Source of the DNA: Candidatus Shapirobacteria bacterium
GTDB taxonomy: Bacteria; Patescibacteriota; Microgenomatia; UBA12405
Reading direction: 5' to 3'
Assembly (NCBI GenBank): GCA_041666965.1
Contig: JBAYFX010000002.1
Location: forward strand, 8,417 to 72,416
Length of the DNA: 64,000 bases
The notes beneath the pieces are model-generated. The model was not told where the DNA came from. It did no database searches and saw only the letters and a program-made list of their open reading frames with translations. Below are positions 9,136 to 17,883 of this stretch, one piece after another. Position 1 is the stretch's first letter. The number at the start of each line of letters is the position of its first letter. The position numbers were made by a program, and so were the translations under genes.

Positions 9136-10443
9136 CTACTTCTTACTCTCTATATCAAAAAAGCTCACTTGTTTGCCGTTAAAGTACAAATTAAACTGCC
9201 CCGTTGGTCCATTTCGGTGTTTCTCAATCGAGCAGGTCACTACTTCGCGCACCTCTTCATCCTCGCGATGTAAAAACATGACCACATCCGCGTCCTGTTC
9301 TATACTTCCCGATTCTCTTAAGTCCGACAGTCTTGGCTTGCCCCCTCGAGCCTCCATTGCCCGTGAAAGTTGGGCTGCCGCTACAATTGGTATTCCCAGT
9401 TCCCGGGCTAAGTTTTTAAGTCCCTGAGAAATCTCTGACACTTCCTGAACCCGGTTGTCCCGCGTCTGCCCATGCATTAGCTGTAAATAGTCCACCAATA
9501 TAAATTTAATTCCCTTGTCCACCTGTAACCGCCGCGCCTTTGCCCTCAACTCAGTCACCGTTAATCCCGGAGTATCGTCAATATATAGCGGTGATTCGGC
9601 CAATATTCCCATTGATTCTGAAATAGAATTATAGTCATCATCCGACAATTGCCCCGTTTTCAGTTTCCAGGCGTCAATCAACCCCTGGCGCACCAGCAAC
9701 CGATCTCCCAATTCCTCCTTACTCATTTCCAGTGAAAACACACAGGTGGGCAGTTTTTCTTCAACGGCCACGTACCTGGCAATATTCAAACAAAAAGCCG
9801 TCTTCCCCACACCCGGCCGGGCCGCCAACACAATCAAGTTGCTATTTTGCATTCCCGCAAGCAAAGTGTCTAGCCCTTTAAATCCTGTTGGTACCCCCCT
9901 CAATCCTCCCTTTTGCTTTTGCAGTTCATCCAGCCTATCAAAACTGGCCGTCAGCACTTCTTTCATTGACACTGGTACATTTTTGATGTGCTTTTGGGCC
10001 AAAACAAACACTTCCTGCTCGGCAAAATCCAAAAGTTGGTCGGTTGGCAAAGTCTCGTCCAGTGCCTTCTCGGTAATCCGGGCACTGGCAGACACCAGTT
10101 CCCTTCGGGCTGACAATGATTGAATAATTCGCCCATAACTTTCCACATTAGCGCTTGTTGGTACCTCATTGGCCAACTCCACTAAAAACGCTCTCCCGCC
10201 TACCTTTTTTAATAATTTTGCTTCTTTAAGTTTCTGACTAACTGTTACTAAGTCAATTGGAATTCTCTTCTCATAAAGGCTAAGCATGGCCTCAAATATT
10301 TGGCCATAATTATGGTTATAAAAATGAGTCGGCTTCAAAAACTCTGATACTTCAATTATGGCGTCATTATCAATTAAAATCGATCCCAACACACTAACTT
10401 CTGCCTCACTAGAATTTGGCGGTGTCCGATACTCAGTGGTCAT
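9136..10443 (-). CDS. dnaB: Replicative DNA helicase
   Basis: AARPGVGKT, DYLQL, QLSR, LRESGSIEQDAD, KHRNG. Confidence 0.98.
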   Translation of the reverse strand: MTTEYRTPPNSSEAEVSVLGSILIDNDAIIEVSEFLKPTHFYNHNYGQIFEAMLSLYEKRIPIDLVTVSQKLKEAKLLKKVGGRAFLVELANEVPTSANVESYGRIIQSLSARRELVSASARITEKALDETLPTDQLLDFAEQEVFVLAQKHIKNVPVSMKEVLTASFDRLDELQKQKGGLRGVPTGFKGLDTLLAGMQNSNLIVLAARPGVGKTAFCLNIARYVAVEEKLPTCVFSLEMSKEELGDRLLVRQGLIDAWKLKTGQLSDDDYNSISESMGILAESPLYIDDTPGLTVTELRAKARRLQVDKGIKFILVDYLQLMHGQTRDNRVQEVSEISQGLKNLARELGIPIVAAAQLSRAMEARGGKPRLSDLRESGSIEQDADVVMFLHREDEEVREVVTCSIEKHRNGPTGQFNLYFNGKQVSFFDIESKK

Positions 10444-10993
10444 TTAATATCAGAACTTCCAAACTTTCTGATAGGCTTTGCTGTTCAATTTTTACCAAGC
10501 GCACTACTCCGGTATCTGCTCCCAAATCAAACTCATCTTTATATTCAGTCAACACTGCTTCATTTCCCCTAGACCATACTATTAAATGGTTAGATCCGGT
10601 GTTCTTAATCAATTCCCGGCTCTTTTTGGCTCCAATTTTTTCTCCCCAGACCAATAACACATCGGCCTCTCCAATTCTTTCCTGCTTTTTTTTGTCCCAT
10701 TTGTCAGTCAGTTCAGGAACAATGGCTACCTTAACCTCTTCTGCCTCAATAATATATATAGTGCTCTCAGTTCCTACCCTCCAACCCTGAATGTGAAAAC
10801 CGAATACATCAAATTCTCCCGGTCCCCGAATAATCATAGTTTTACTTTCAATATCTCCGTTGCCATATTCCCCTTCAGTGTATAACCCAACTTTTACATC
10901 ATTACTCTTATCCAGGTTTTCTTTAGGAGCGTCCACCCAAAGTAAACCATTTTTTGTTCGAATATAGAGTTGTTTGTCAGCACCAATTTCCAT
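10433..10993 (-). CDS. Degenerate MBL-fold hydrolase-like protein
   Basis: IIRGPGEFDV..GFHIQG and IGEADVLLV resemble lactamase_B_3-type proteins; metal His residues not seen; start moved to MEIG. Confidence 0.55.
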   Translation of the reverse strand: MEIGADKQLYIRTKNGLLWVDAPKENLDKSNDVKVGLYTEGEYGNGDIESKTMIIRGPGEFDVFGFHIQGWRVGTESTIYIIEAEEVKVAIVPELTDKWDKKKQERIGEADVLLVWGEKIGAKKSRELIKNTGSNHLIVWSRGNEAVLTEYKDEFDLGADTGVVRLVKIEQQSLSESLEVLILNDH

Positions 10994-11054
10994 AACCAGT
11001 ATTGTACCATCAAACCCATTTTGTTCGTCTTCTCTGATATCATAACTGTTACAG

Positions 11055-11549
11055 ATGTTTAAAGAAATTACCCTGGCAATTATTCTCGGCGGACTTTTGG
11101 GTGTCGGTTTAACTGGCGGCATTATCACGCTTAAAAATCAAAACCGACTCCCCCACTTCAATCAAGTCGCCGCCGACACATTTCCTACACCTGTCTTAAC
11201 TGTCTCCCTAACCGCCTCCAATCTTACCTCCCCCACCACTCAAGTCTCCCCCACTTCCATTGTTCCCACTCCCCCGCCCACCTCCAATATCGAAATCACT
11301 AACTTCAAATCCGGCCAAATTGTCTCAAAAAGTGTCGCCACTCTCAAAGGTTTATCCCCCCCTAACAGTCAAATTATTATCGTCACCCCCCAAGGCAGTG
11401 TCATTTCCTCCTCAACCCCCGATGGGCTTTTTGAAATCGATGTTCAGCTTGAATCCGGCTTCAATCCTCTGGAAATTACCTGTATCGATCCCCAAGATGT
11501 TACCACCCAAATTAATTTTTCACTTACTTACTCAACCGCCCAAATCTAA
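11055..11549 (+). CDS. Membrane-anchored protein with Ig-like C-terminal domain
   Basis: N-terminal TM, P/T linker, DGLFEIDVQLESGFNPLEI beta-sandwich motif. Confidence 0.65.
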   Translation: MFKEITLAIILGGLLGVGLTGGIITLKNQNRLPHFNQVAADTFPTPVLTVSLTASNLTSPTTQVSPTSIVPTPPPTSNIEITNFKSGQIVSKSVATLKGLSPPNSQIIIVTPQGSVISSSTPDGLFEIDVQLESGFNPLEITCIDPQDVTTQINFSLTYSTAQI

Positions 11550-11551
11550 AT

Positions 11552-12313
11552 ATGACCCACGTTCTAATTCTTCTAATCTTACTCTTACCTTCTACAGTTT
11601 TTGCCCAGTCGCCACCTACTCCTACTTCTGACCCGTCTCTCACTCCTACTTCCGCACCTCGGGAAGCTATCGAAGACATTCAAAAAATTAGACAGGCTAT
11701 CCAGGAAAAAGTCAAAGAAAAACTCTCCGAAATTGGCCAGCCTACCAGTTTTAAAAAGGCCATCATTGGTCAAATTAGCCGACTTAATGTTCCCTCCAGT
11801 CTGGAAATCAGTTTCAATGGGGAAACCACTTCTACCTTACTGGACCCGGAAATTGTTTTTATCAATGCTAAAAAAAGTAAAAGTAATCTATCGACTCTCA
11901 AAGTTGGGGACCAAGTTTTAGCCCTCGGAGTCTACGACCCCATCACCCAGCAACTTACCGCCAAGCGCCTCATATCCTTTAATTACGAAAAGGATCTTTC
12001 ACCCCTGCCCCAAACCATTTACGGCACCATCACCGACATGTCCCAATCTGCCAACAGTGTCTTTTTGTCTCTAACTCCTCTAAACGATAAAAATCAGCAA
12101 TATCAAATTGTTACCGATACTACTACCAAATATCTAGATTCCGCTCTCAAGGCTCAAACCTCACTTAAGTTTGAGGTAGGCCAAAAAATAATCGCCATAG
12201 CTAGCAAAAGCGAAAAGTCCCAAACCAGCTGGAAAGCCCTAAAAATAGTACTCAAAACTACTCCTACCCCCGCCGCTCCCGCTCCCTCTCCTTCTCCCTC
12301 TCCCACCAATTAG
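11552..12313 (+). CDS. Secreted protein with two OB-like repeats
   Basis: Signal peptide, PT linkers, LKVGDQVLALG / FEVGQKIIAIA repeats. Confidence 0.65.
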   Translation: MTHVLILLILLLPSTVFAQSPPTPTSDPSLTPTSAPREAIEDIQKIRQAIQEKVKEKLSEIGQPTSFKKAIIGQISRLNVPSSLEISFNGETTSTLLDPEIVFINAKKSKSNLSTLKVGDQVLALGVYDPITQQLTAKRLISFNYEKDLSPLPQTIYGTITDMSQSANSVFLSLTPLNDKNQQYQIVTDTTTKYLDSALKAQTSLKFEVGQKIIAIASKSEKSQTSWKALKIVLKTTPTPAAPAPSPSPSPTN

Positions 12314-12352
12314 ACCATGCTAAACTAATTTGTTATATTTTAATGCCTGTTC

Positions 12353-12652
12353 ATGACTGTTTATAGAAGGCTAGAAGTTTTAGGATTACTTGTCGGTCCG
12401 GCCATACTCTCCCCAGAAAAACCGGTTTTTGCTGAAAGAAGGACACTTTTCCCCGGCCTAGAAATATTACATACCCCTTTTGTTTTACGAACTATTCAAC
12501 CAGATACTGTAACAATATATACTCGAACAATAACAGAGCCCGGTTCAGAAGTTGCTGGCACACTAACCAGAGCCGCAATAAACGCTTCCGCACCTATTGT
12601 CGGATTGGCACCCGGTATTCGTTACCGATATTTTTGGCAAGAAGAAACTTGA
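12353..12652 (+). CDS. Hypothetical protein
   Basis: 99-aa ORF filling the intergenic gap. Confidence 0.45.
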   Translation: MTVYRRLEVLGLLVGPAILSPEKPVFAERRTLFPGLEILHTPFVLRTIQPDTVTIYTRTITEPGSEVAGTLTRAAINASAPIVGLAPGIRYRYFWQEET

Positions 12653-12676
12653 CTCTCAATAATTTGTTGATAAAAT
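12649..12676 (+). promoter_or_regulatory. Sigma70-type promoter of the His leader / tRNA-His transcript
   Basis: TTGACT-16 bp-TAAAAT with extended TGn; leader ATG follows 5 nt later. Confidence 0.7.
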
Positions 12677-12681
12677 ACGTC

Positions 12682-12717
12682 ATGACCAAAAACGTCATCG
12701 CCTCCCATCATCAGTAA
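12682..12717 (+). CDS. His leader peptide MTKNVIASHHQ
   Basis: ATG...CAT CAT CAG TAA immediately before the antiterminator/terminator. Confidence 0.8.
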   Translation: MTKNVIASHHQ

Positions 12718-12762
12718 CTTGGCGGTGGTCAACGTATCGACCGCCGCAGGGCGGTTTTTTTT
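12696..12762 (+). promoter_or_regulatory. Transcription attenuator 1 (His-sensing)
   Basis: Terminator ACCGCC-GCAG-GGCGGT plus T-run (12740-12762); antiterminator GGCGGT (12721-26) pairs with ACCGCC; CATCGCC (12696-702) pairs with GGCGGTG. Confidence 0.8.
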
Positions 12763-12847
12763 GGTATTTTTTAGGTCGAAATTTAGAGCATTACGACAAA
12801 TTTAGCCTAAAATACCAATCCCGAAAACTTTCGGGGTGGTCATAATT

Positions 12848-12891
12848 ACTTTGTCATTCTGAGTCCGAAAGCTTTTGGACGAAGAATCTCA
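12848..12891. repeat. REP-like element family A, copy 2
   Basis: Same flanks as 8311-8348 with a different central hairpin. Confidence 0.8.
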
Positions 12892-12892
12892 T

Positions 12893-12967
12893 GGTGGCAT
12901 TAGCTCAATTGGTTAGAGCGCAGCTCTGTGAAAGCTGAGGTTGCCGGTTCAATTCCGGTATGCCACC
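12893..12967 (+). tRNA. tRNA-His(GUG)
   Basis: G-1, GTGGCAT/ATGCCAC acceptor stem, C73, anticodon arm CAGCT-CTGTGAA-AGCTG, GGTTCAATTCC. Confidence 0.96.
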
Positions 12968-12972
12968 CATAG

Positions 12973-13001
12973 TTGCATTATTCTATAACCTATAATATAA
13001 T
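12973..13001 (+). promoter_or_regulatory. Sigma70-type promoter of the 90-aa uORF / GNAT-M20-hisS transcript
   Basis: TTGCAT-17 bp-TATAAT; ATG follows 5 nt later. Confidence 0.7.
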
Positions 13002-13006
13002 TAACC

Positions 13007-13279
13007 ATGATCAACGAATGTCGTTTCCGTATCTGTGGACCAAAACTCCAGGACGTACCTGAAGTGATCCAATTTGGTGGAAAAACTCCATTTTGTGGAG
13101 TATGTCCTCCTCTGCAAGCAGAATGTACTATGACTTGTGGTGAAACTGAATGTGACACCGCCCGAATCATGCTTTTTGCTTTCGGTTCTGAATATCAACC
13201 AAGTCCCGCTCAACTATCTGGACTGGTTCTCCATCGCCATACCGCGGTCACTCACCAGCGGGGCGGTAACGTGACCTAA
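13007..13279 (+). CDS. Cys-rich 90-aa protein; putative long His-sensing leader ORF
   Basis: 7 Cys in the N-terminal ~50 aa; its only His codons (H76, H78, H83) overlap attenuator 2. Confidence 0.7.
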   Translation: MINECRFRICGPKLQDVPEVIQFGGKTPFCGVCPPLQAECTMTCGETECDTARIMLFAFGSEYQPSPAQLSGLVLHRHTAVTHQRGGNVT

Positions 13280-13327
13280 AACTTTTTCCTTTATTTCTCC
13301 AAAGCCCCGCAACTACGGGGCTTTTTT
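13232..13327 (+). promoter_or_regulatory. Transcription attenuator 2 (putative His-sensing)
   Basis: Terminator AAAGCCCCG-CAACTA-CGGGGCTTTTTT (13301-27); GCGGGGC (13258-64) is complementary to GCCCCGC (13304-10); GGTCAC/GTGACC protector hairpin. Confidence 0.65.
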
Positions 13328-13363
13328 AATGCCCCATTTACTACTATTTACAAAAAATTAATT

Positions 13364-14446
13364 ATGAAACAAGAAATTATTAAACCTACAACTGACTCTA
13401 TCGTCGGCCTATACGAATGCCGGCTTCGAGATAACTGGCCTAAACTCATCTGTGCTGTTGAGGCCAACCTACGTGTATCCCTGGGAGAAATGTCCCTTAC
13501 TGCCTGGGAGCGAAATAACGGTCAGACCGAAATTGGTAGGCCTTGTACCACTCGGCCAAATACTTACTGTCTCCTCTTAAACCAAGTGACAACTGCTGTA
13601 GTAAGGGAGCTTAATCTAACCTCTCCACCAATTCCCACAGAGACTATCTCTGAAACAGAGCCAAATCCAAAACTACTGAATCAACTGGCCATATTGTATG
13701 CCACGGACCTCTGGGCAGGCGCATGGAAAGAATTATTAATTGACGCTCAGGGAAATCAGTTTGGCACTCGGGACAACGATGGTAATATTTACCCAGATAC
13801 TAGGCAAATTATGGAGGAGAACCTCATTGGGTTTGACGATGATTGGCAATTAATTCTTTGGCAACTTGCCTCTCAGGGGTCGTTAACCAGAACGGGTCAA
13901 CCATTACGTCCCTTTTGGACTATCGATTCGGCCACCCAAGCATTACAGGAGTTTATTAACTCATCAGATCAGTCTGGCTACAATGGTGAGATGATGGTTC
14001 TGACAGACACAGAAAATAGACCAATCGGCTTCACTGCTTACACTGTCACAAAAGCCAATAACGGACCCGCTCTCGTTCAAAAAAGATTTCCTTACACTGA
14101 CCTCTTGCTCCCAGACGATATTTCAAATCAAGTTACTAATCCCGTCTCTTTAGAAGATTTAATTGCCTATCTTTACCCGAAAAAACGTATAGGTCTTTAC
14201 CTTGATTTTGCCATATCGGAAAAACGACGTGGTCAAGGCCTAGGAAGTCAGCTGTTCGACAAAAGAATAGATAGATTACTTGAACTTGGTGCTGAAGTGA
14301 TTATTGGGAGAACAATCAAAACTTCCCCTGCGCAATACTATGGCAATTATTTCGCCCGGGGTATGACACCAATTGCCTTCGACCCGCAGAATCCCAATAA
14401 AGCTATTTTTGCTGTCTTAAAAGATAATATTATAAAAAGGAACTAA
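13364..14446 (+). CDS. GNAT-family acyltransferase with long N-terminal extension
   Basis: Motif A LDFAISEKRRGQGLGSQLF; PIGFTAY. Confidence 0.8.
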   Translation: MKQEIIKPTTDSIVGLYECRLRDNWPKLICAVEANLRVSLGEMSLTAWERNNGQTEIGRPCTTRPNTYCLLLNQVTTAVVRELNLTSPPIPTETISETEPNPKLLNQLAILYATDLWAGAWKELLIDAQGNQFGTRDNDGNIYPDTRQIMEENLIGFDDDWQLILWQLASQGSLTRTGQPLRPFWTIDSATQALQEFINSSDQSGYNGEMMVLTDTENRPIGFTAYTVTKANNGPALVQKRFPYTDLLLPDDISNQVTNPVSLEDLIAYLYPKKRIGLYLDFAISEKRRGQGLGSQLFDKRIDRLLELGAEVIIGRTIKTSPAQYYGNYFARGMTPIAFDPQNPNKAIFAVLKDNIIKRN

Positions 14447-14449
14447 CCC

Positions 14450-15592
14450 ATGACTACTAACAATCAAACTCCATTAATAAAGAGAACTATTGAACTTCTT
14501 AGTATTCCCTCTTGGGTGGATTCTAAAAATAATGAAGCAAAAATTGGCCAATATATTTTTACCAACTTAGCAAAATATCCACTTCTCAAAGTTGTAAAGC
14601 AAAAAGTTGTCGGTAACCGTTTTAATGTTATTGCCCAAAACAGTGGAACAATAGATACTCTAATTGTTGGCCACATTGATACTGTCCAGCCTTCAAGCAA
14701 TTGGACAAAAAACCCCATTAAGCCAGTAATTTTAAAAAACAAACTCTTTGGTCTAGGGGCTTCAGACATGAAGTCAGGTATTGCTCTTATGATGGAAATG
14801 GCTATAAAACCAGGGTTGATACCCAACACCATGTTTTTATTTTATATCGATGAGGAGTATGACTTTCTGGGAATGAAAAAGTTCATTGCCGAATTTGTAG
14901 ACAAAATTAAACCAAAACAAATCATCTCTCTTGACGGTAATAACCTAAGTATTACTAATGGTTGTCGTGGGCTAATCGAAATTAGTTGTACCGTTCGGGG
15001 CCAATCAGGACATGCTGCCCGGCCTAAAAGTGGCCTCAACGCCATCAATAAAAGTTTTCAACTGATAAATGAGCTTTATTCTTGGCTGGGTAGTTTTTCC
15101 AATCCTATTTTAGGACCAACAGTAGCTAACCTGGCCTATATTAGTGGCGGCCAGTATCAAGGCTGGAAAAAGGATGTATTACTTTTAGGTAAACAAGGTA
15201 ATATTATCCCCGATATATGCCAATTTGTTATTGACATCCGTCCTAGTCAAACCAGTCTTAACGCAACTAAGGTAATAGAATTTCTGAATGTTGGGGCTAA
15301 AAAGATGGGAGTGAAAATAGAAACTTCCTTAGTCAGACATGATTTAGGAAGCTGGTTAACTGAAAAAAATAATATACCGAACAAAAATAAGTTGCCAAAA
15401 AAATATAACCGCGTTGATCAAACTGGCTACATTGATATTCAATTTCTCTGGCAAACTTTTAACCAAACACCATGTTTCACTATTGGTGCGGGGTCACCAT
15501 CAGTCGCCCACAAACCTGATGAATATGTTGAGATTAGTCAACTAATTAGGCTCGAAAAAATAATCTCATCATTATTTTTAATCTCAACTTAA
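14450..15592 (+). CDS. M20 metallo-amidohydrolase (ArgE/DapE-like)
   Basis: GHIDTV, GLGASDMKSG, DEE, GHAARP, AHKPDE. Confidence 0.92.
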   Translation: MTTNNQTPLIKRTIELLSIPSWVDSKNNEAKIGQYIFTNLAKYPLLKVVKQKVVGNRFNVIAQNSGTIDTLIVGHIDTVQPSSNWTKNPIKPVILKNKLFGLGASDMKSGIALMMEMAIKPGLIPNTMFLFYIDEEYDFLGMKKFIAEFVDKIKPKQIISLDGNNLSITNGCRGLIEISCTVRGQSGHAARPKSGLNAINKSFQLINELYSWLGSFSNPILGPTVANLAYISGGQYQGWKKDVLLLGKQGNIIPDICQFVIDIRPSQTSLNATKVIEFLNVGAKKMGVKIETSLVRHDLGSWLTEKNNIPNKNKLPKKYNRVDQTGYIDIQFLWQTFNQTPCFTIGAGSPSVAHKPDEYVEISQLIRLEKIISSLFLIST

Positions 15593-15608
15593 ATGTTAAA
15601 CTCAACTT

Positions 15609-16868
15609 ATGAATCAAACTAAATTAATTACACCGGTCAAGGGCACACGGGATTTTTATCCCGAGGCCTGGAGGCGCCAGTTATGGTTATCCGAAAAGTG
15701 GCTCGAAGTTGGCCGCCTATTTGGCTACGAAGAATATGAGGGGCCTGTTTTGGAGTCCATAAATCTTTATCTAGAAAAAAGTAGTCAAGAAATTTTAGAA
15801 AAACAGACTTTTTTAGTAACAGATCGCAGTGGTGACACCTTAGTCATGCGCCCGGAACTCACCCCGACTTTAGCCCGTCTGGTAGCTCAAAGCGAAAAAC
15901 AGCTTGTTTTCCCACTTCGTTGGCAGTCCTATGGCCGCTTTTGGCGCTATGAAAAACCCCAGCGTGGTCGGGGGCGTGAATTTTGCCAGTGGAACATAGA
16001 CATTCTTGGCCCCTCATCCCCTTTAGTTGACGCCGAAATAATTACTATCGCGGCCCTCGCCCTAAAAAGTATTGGCATCACTCCCGATATGGCCCAAATT
16101 AAGTTAAACGACCGTAACGCTCTTGAAACCCACCTCGCCTCAAAGTTAGGCACTAGTCCTCAGATTACTAAAAACGTCATCCGAGCCATTGATAAAATCG
16201 ACAAAATGGAGCCAACCGCCTTTTCTGAATGGTTAACAGAGTTGGGTTTAAATACTACTCAAATTGAAATTTTATTGGAAACAATATCTACCCCATCTGC
16301 TTCTTTCTCCCCTGCCCTCACCCAAACCTTAAATTCTGTTCCCTCAGAACTAAGGGATTATTTTGAAATTGATTTAAAAATTGTTCGTGGTTTTGACTAT
16401 TACACCGGTCTGGTGTTTGAAGCCTGGGCTAAAACCGGTCTCAAACGTTCCCTTTTTGGTGGCGGCCGTTACGACAATCTAACTCAACAGGTGGGCGGGT
16501 CCATTGCTGTCCCCGGAGTTGGTTTTGCCATTGGTGACATGCCCATTTTAGAACTCCTTTCCGAATTGTCTTTGATTCCGGACTTAACTATCAACCCCGC
16601 TCGCGTCCTAGTCACCACTTTTTCACTTGATACCGCCCTTGATTCCTTCAATCTAGCCTCAACTCTGCGCAACTTCAATATTCCTACCCTCCTCTACCCC
16701 CAAGCCGACAAAATCGGCAAACAATTTAAGTATGCCAGTGCCAAAAATATTCCCTACGTTGTGGTATTAGGCCCCGATGAAATTAAATCCGGCTTAGTCA
16801 CCCTAAAAAACATGGTCACAGGTGAGCAGTTTAGCCTAAAGGTAGAAGATATTTCTTCAAATATTTGA
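15609..16868 (+). CDS. hisS: Histidine--tRNA ligase
   Basis: KGTRDF, RPELT, RYEKPQRGRGREF, RGFDYYTG, GGGRYD. Confidence 0.97.
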   Translation: MNQTKLITPVKGTRDFYPEAWRRQLWLSEKWLEVGRLFGYEEYEGPVLESINLYLEKSSQEILEKQTFLVTDRSGDTLVMRPELTPTLARLVAQSEKQLVFPLRWQSYGRFWRYEKPQRGRGREFCQWNIDILGPSSPLVDAEIITIAALALKSIGITPDMAQIKLNDRNALETHLASKLGTSPQITKNVIRAIDKIDKMEPTAFSEWLTELGLNTTQIEILLETISTPSASFSPALTQTLNSVPSELRDYFEIDLKIVRGFDYYTGLVFEAWAKTGLKRSLFGGGRYDNLTQQVGGSIAVPGVGFAIGDMPILELLSELSLIPDLTINPARVLVTTFSLDTALDSFNLASTLRNFNIPTLLYPQADKIGKQFKYASAKNIPYVVVLGPDEIKSGLVTLKNMVTGEQFSLKVEDISSNI

Positions 16869-16881
16869 TACAATATAGCCC

Positions 16882-17151
16882 ATGAAAGCCAACATTCATC
16901 CTAAATACAATCAAGATTGTCAGGTCACCTGTACCTGTGGTAACTCTTTTGTCACTGGTTCAACCTTAGACAAAATTGAAGTCGAAGTTTGTTCAAACTG
17001 TCACCCCTTCTTCACCGGCCAACAAAAGTTTGTCGACGTTAAGGGAAGAATTGACCGTTTCAAAGAAAAACAAGCCAAAGGGCAAGGATACCAGTCCAAA
17101 TCCACCAAAGCCAAAGCTAAAAGTGATAAAAAGGCCACGGCTAACGCTTAG
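16882..17151 (+). CDS. rpmE: 50S ribosomal protein L31
   Basis: [23 protein letters not shown]. Confidence 0.97.
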   Translation: MKANIHPKYNQDCQVTCTCGNSFVTGSTLDKIEVEVCSNCHPFFTGQQKFVDVKGRIDRFKEKQAKGQGYQSKSTKAKAKSDKKATANA

Positions 17152-17157
17152 CTCGCC

Positions 17158-17883
17158 ATGCCTACAGTAGACCCAAATATTGCCATTCTCGAATTTCGTC
17201 CCGGTCCCGGTGGTGAAGAGTCCTATATTTGGCTCCAGGATTTACAAAACATGTACATCCGTTGGTCAAACAAAGTTGGTTGGAAAGTTAATCAACTTGA
17301 CGATGATGTCATCAAAATCACCGGCCTCGACGCTTACAACCAGCTCAAATACGAAACCGGTACTCACCGTGTCCAACGTATTCCTGTAACCGAAAAACAT
17401 GGCCGCATTCACACTTCAACTGCTGCCATCGTCGTCCTCCCTCTCATCACTAGTAACGACACTTCCTTTCGCGCCGAAGACGTAGAAATGACGGCATCAC
17501 GAGCTGGGGGTAATGGAGGTCAAAACGTCAACAAAGTTTCTACGGCCGTCCGCCTGCTTCATAAACCATCTGGCATTACCATTTCAGTCCGCAAGGAACG
17601 CTCTCAGCAACAAAACCGGGAAATCGCCCTCGATATACTAAAGGCCAAACTTTGGGCCATTGAAGAAGAAAAACGTAGTTCCCAAATTGGTTCTGCCCGA
17701 TCAAGTATTGGCCAAGCCCTCAGAGCCGACAAAATCCGTACCTACAATTACGCCAGAAATCAAATCAAAGACCACCGCATCAACAAAGAATTCAATCTCC
17801 AAAAAACTCTCGACGGAGACCTGGGTGATTTACTTTTCGAGCTTACCGTCTATTTCGAAGAACTAACCACCGCTCAAACCTAA
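17158..17883 (+). CDS. prfA: Peptide chain release factor 1, lacking N-terminal domain 1
   Basis: [10 protein letters not shown] (PxT), GGQ, IRTYN; follows rpmE; only 241 aa. Confidence 0.88.
   Translation: MPTVDPNIAILEFRPGPGGEESYIWLQDLQNMYIRWSNKVGWKVNQLDDDVIKITGLDAYNQLKYETGTHRVQRIPVTEKHGRIHTSTAAIVVLPLITSNDTSFRAEDVEMTASRAGGNGGQNVNKVSTAVRLLHKPSGITISVRKERSQQQNREIALDILKAKLWAIEEEKRSSQIGSARSSIGQALRADKIRTYNYARNQIKDHRINKEFNLQKTLDGDLGDLLFELTVYFEELTTAQT

Noticed and set aside
12690-12765. T-box riboswitch upstream of tRNA-His/hisS
   Set aside because: No AAGGTGGNACC T-box consensus with a long stem I; the leader-peptide model fits better
12968-15600. Genomic island integrated at tRNA-His
   Set aside because: No integrase and no duplicated tRNA 3' end seen; the region is functionally coherent with hisS
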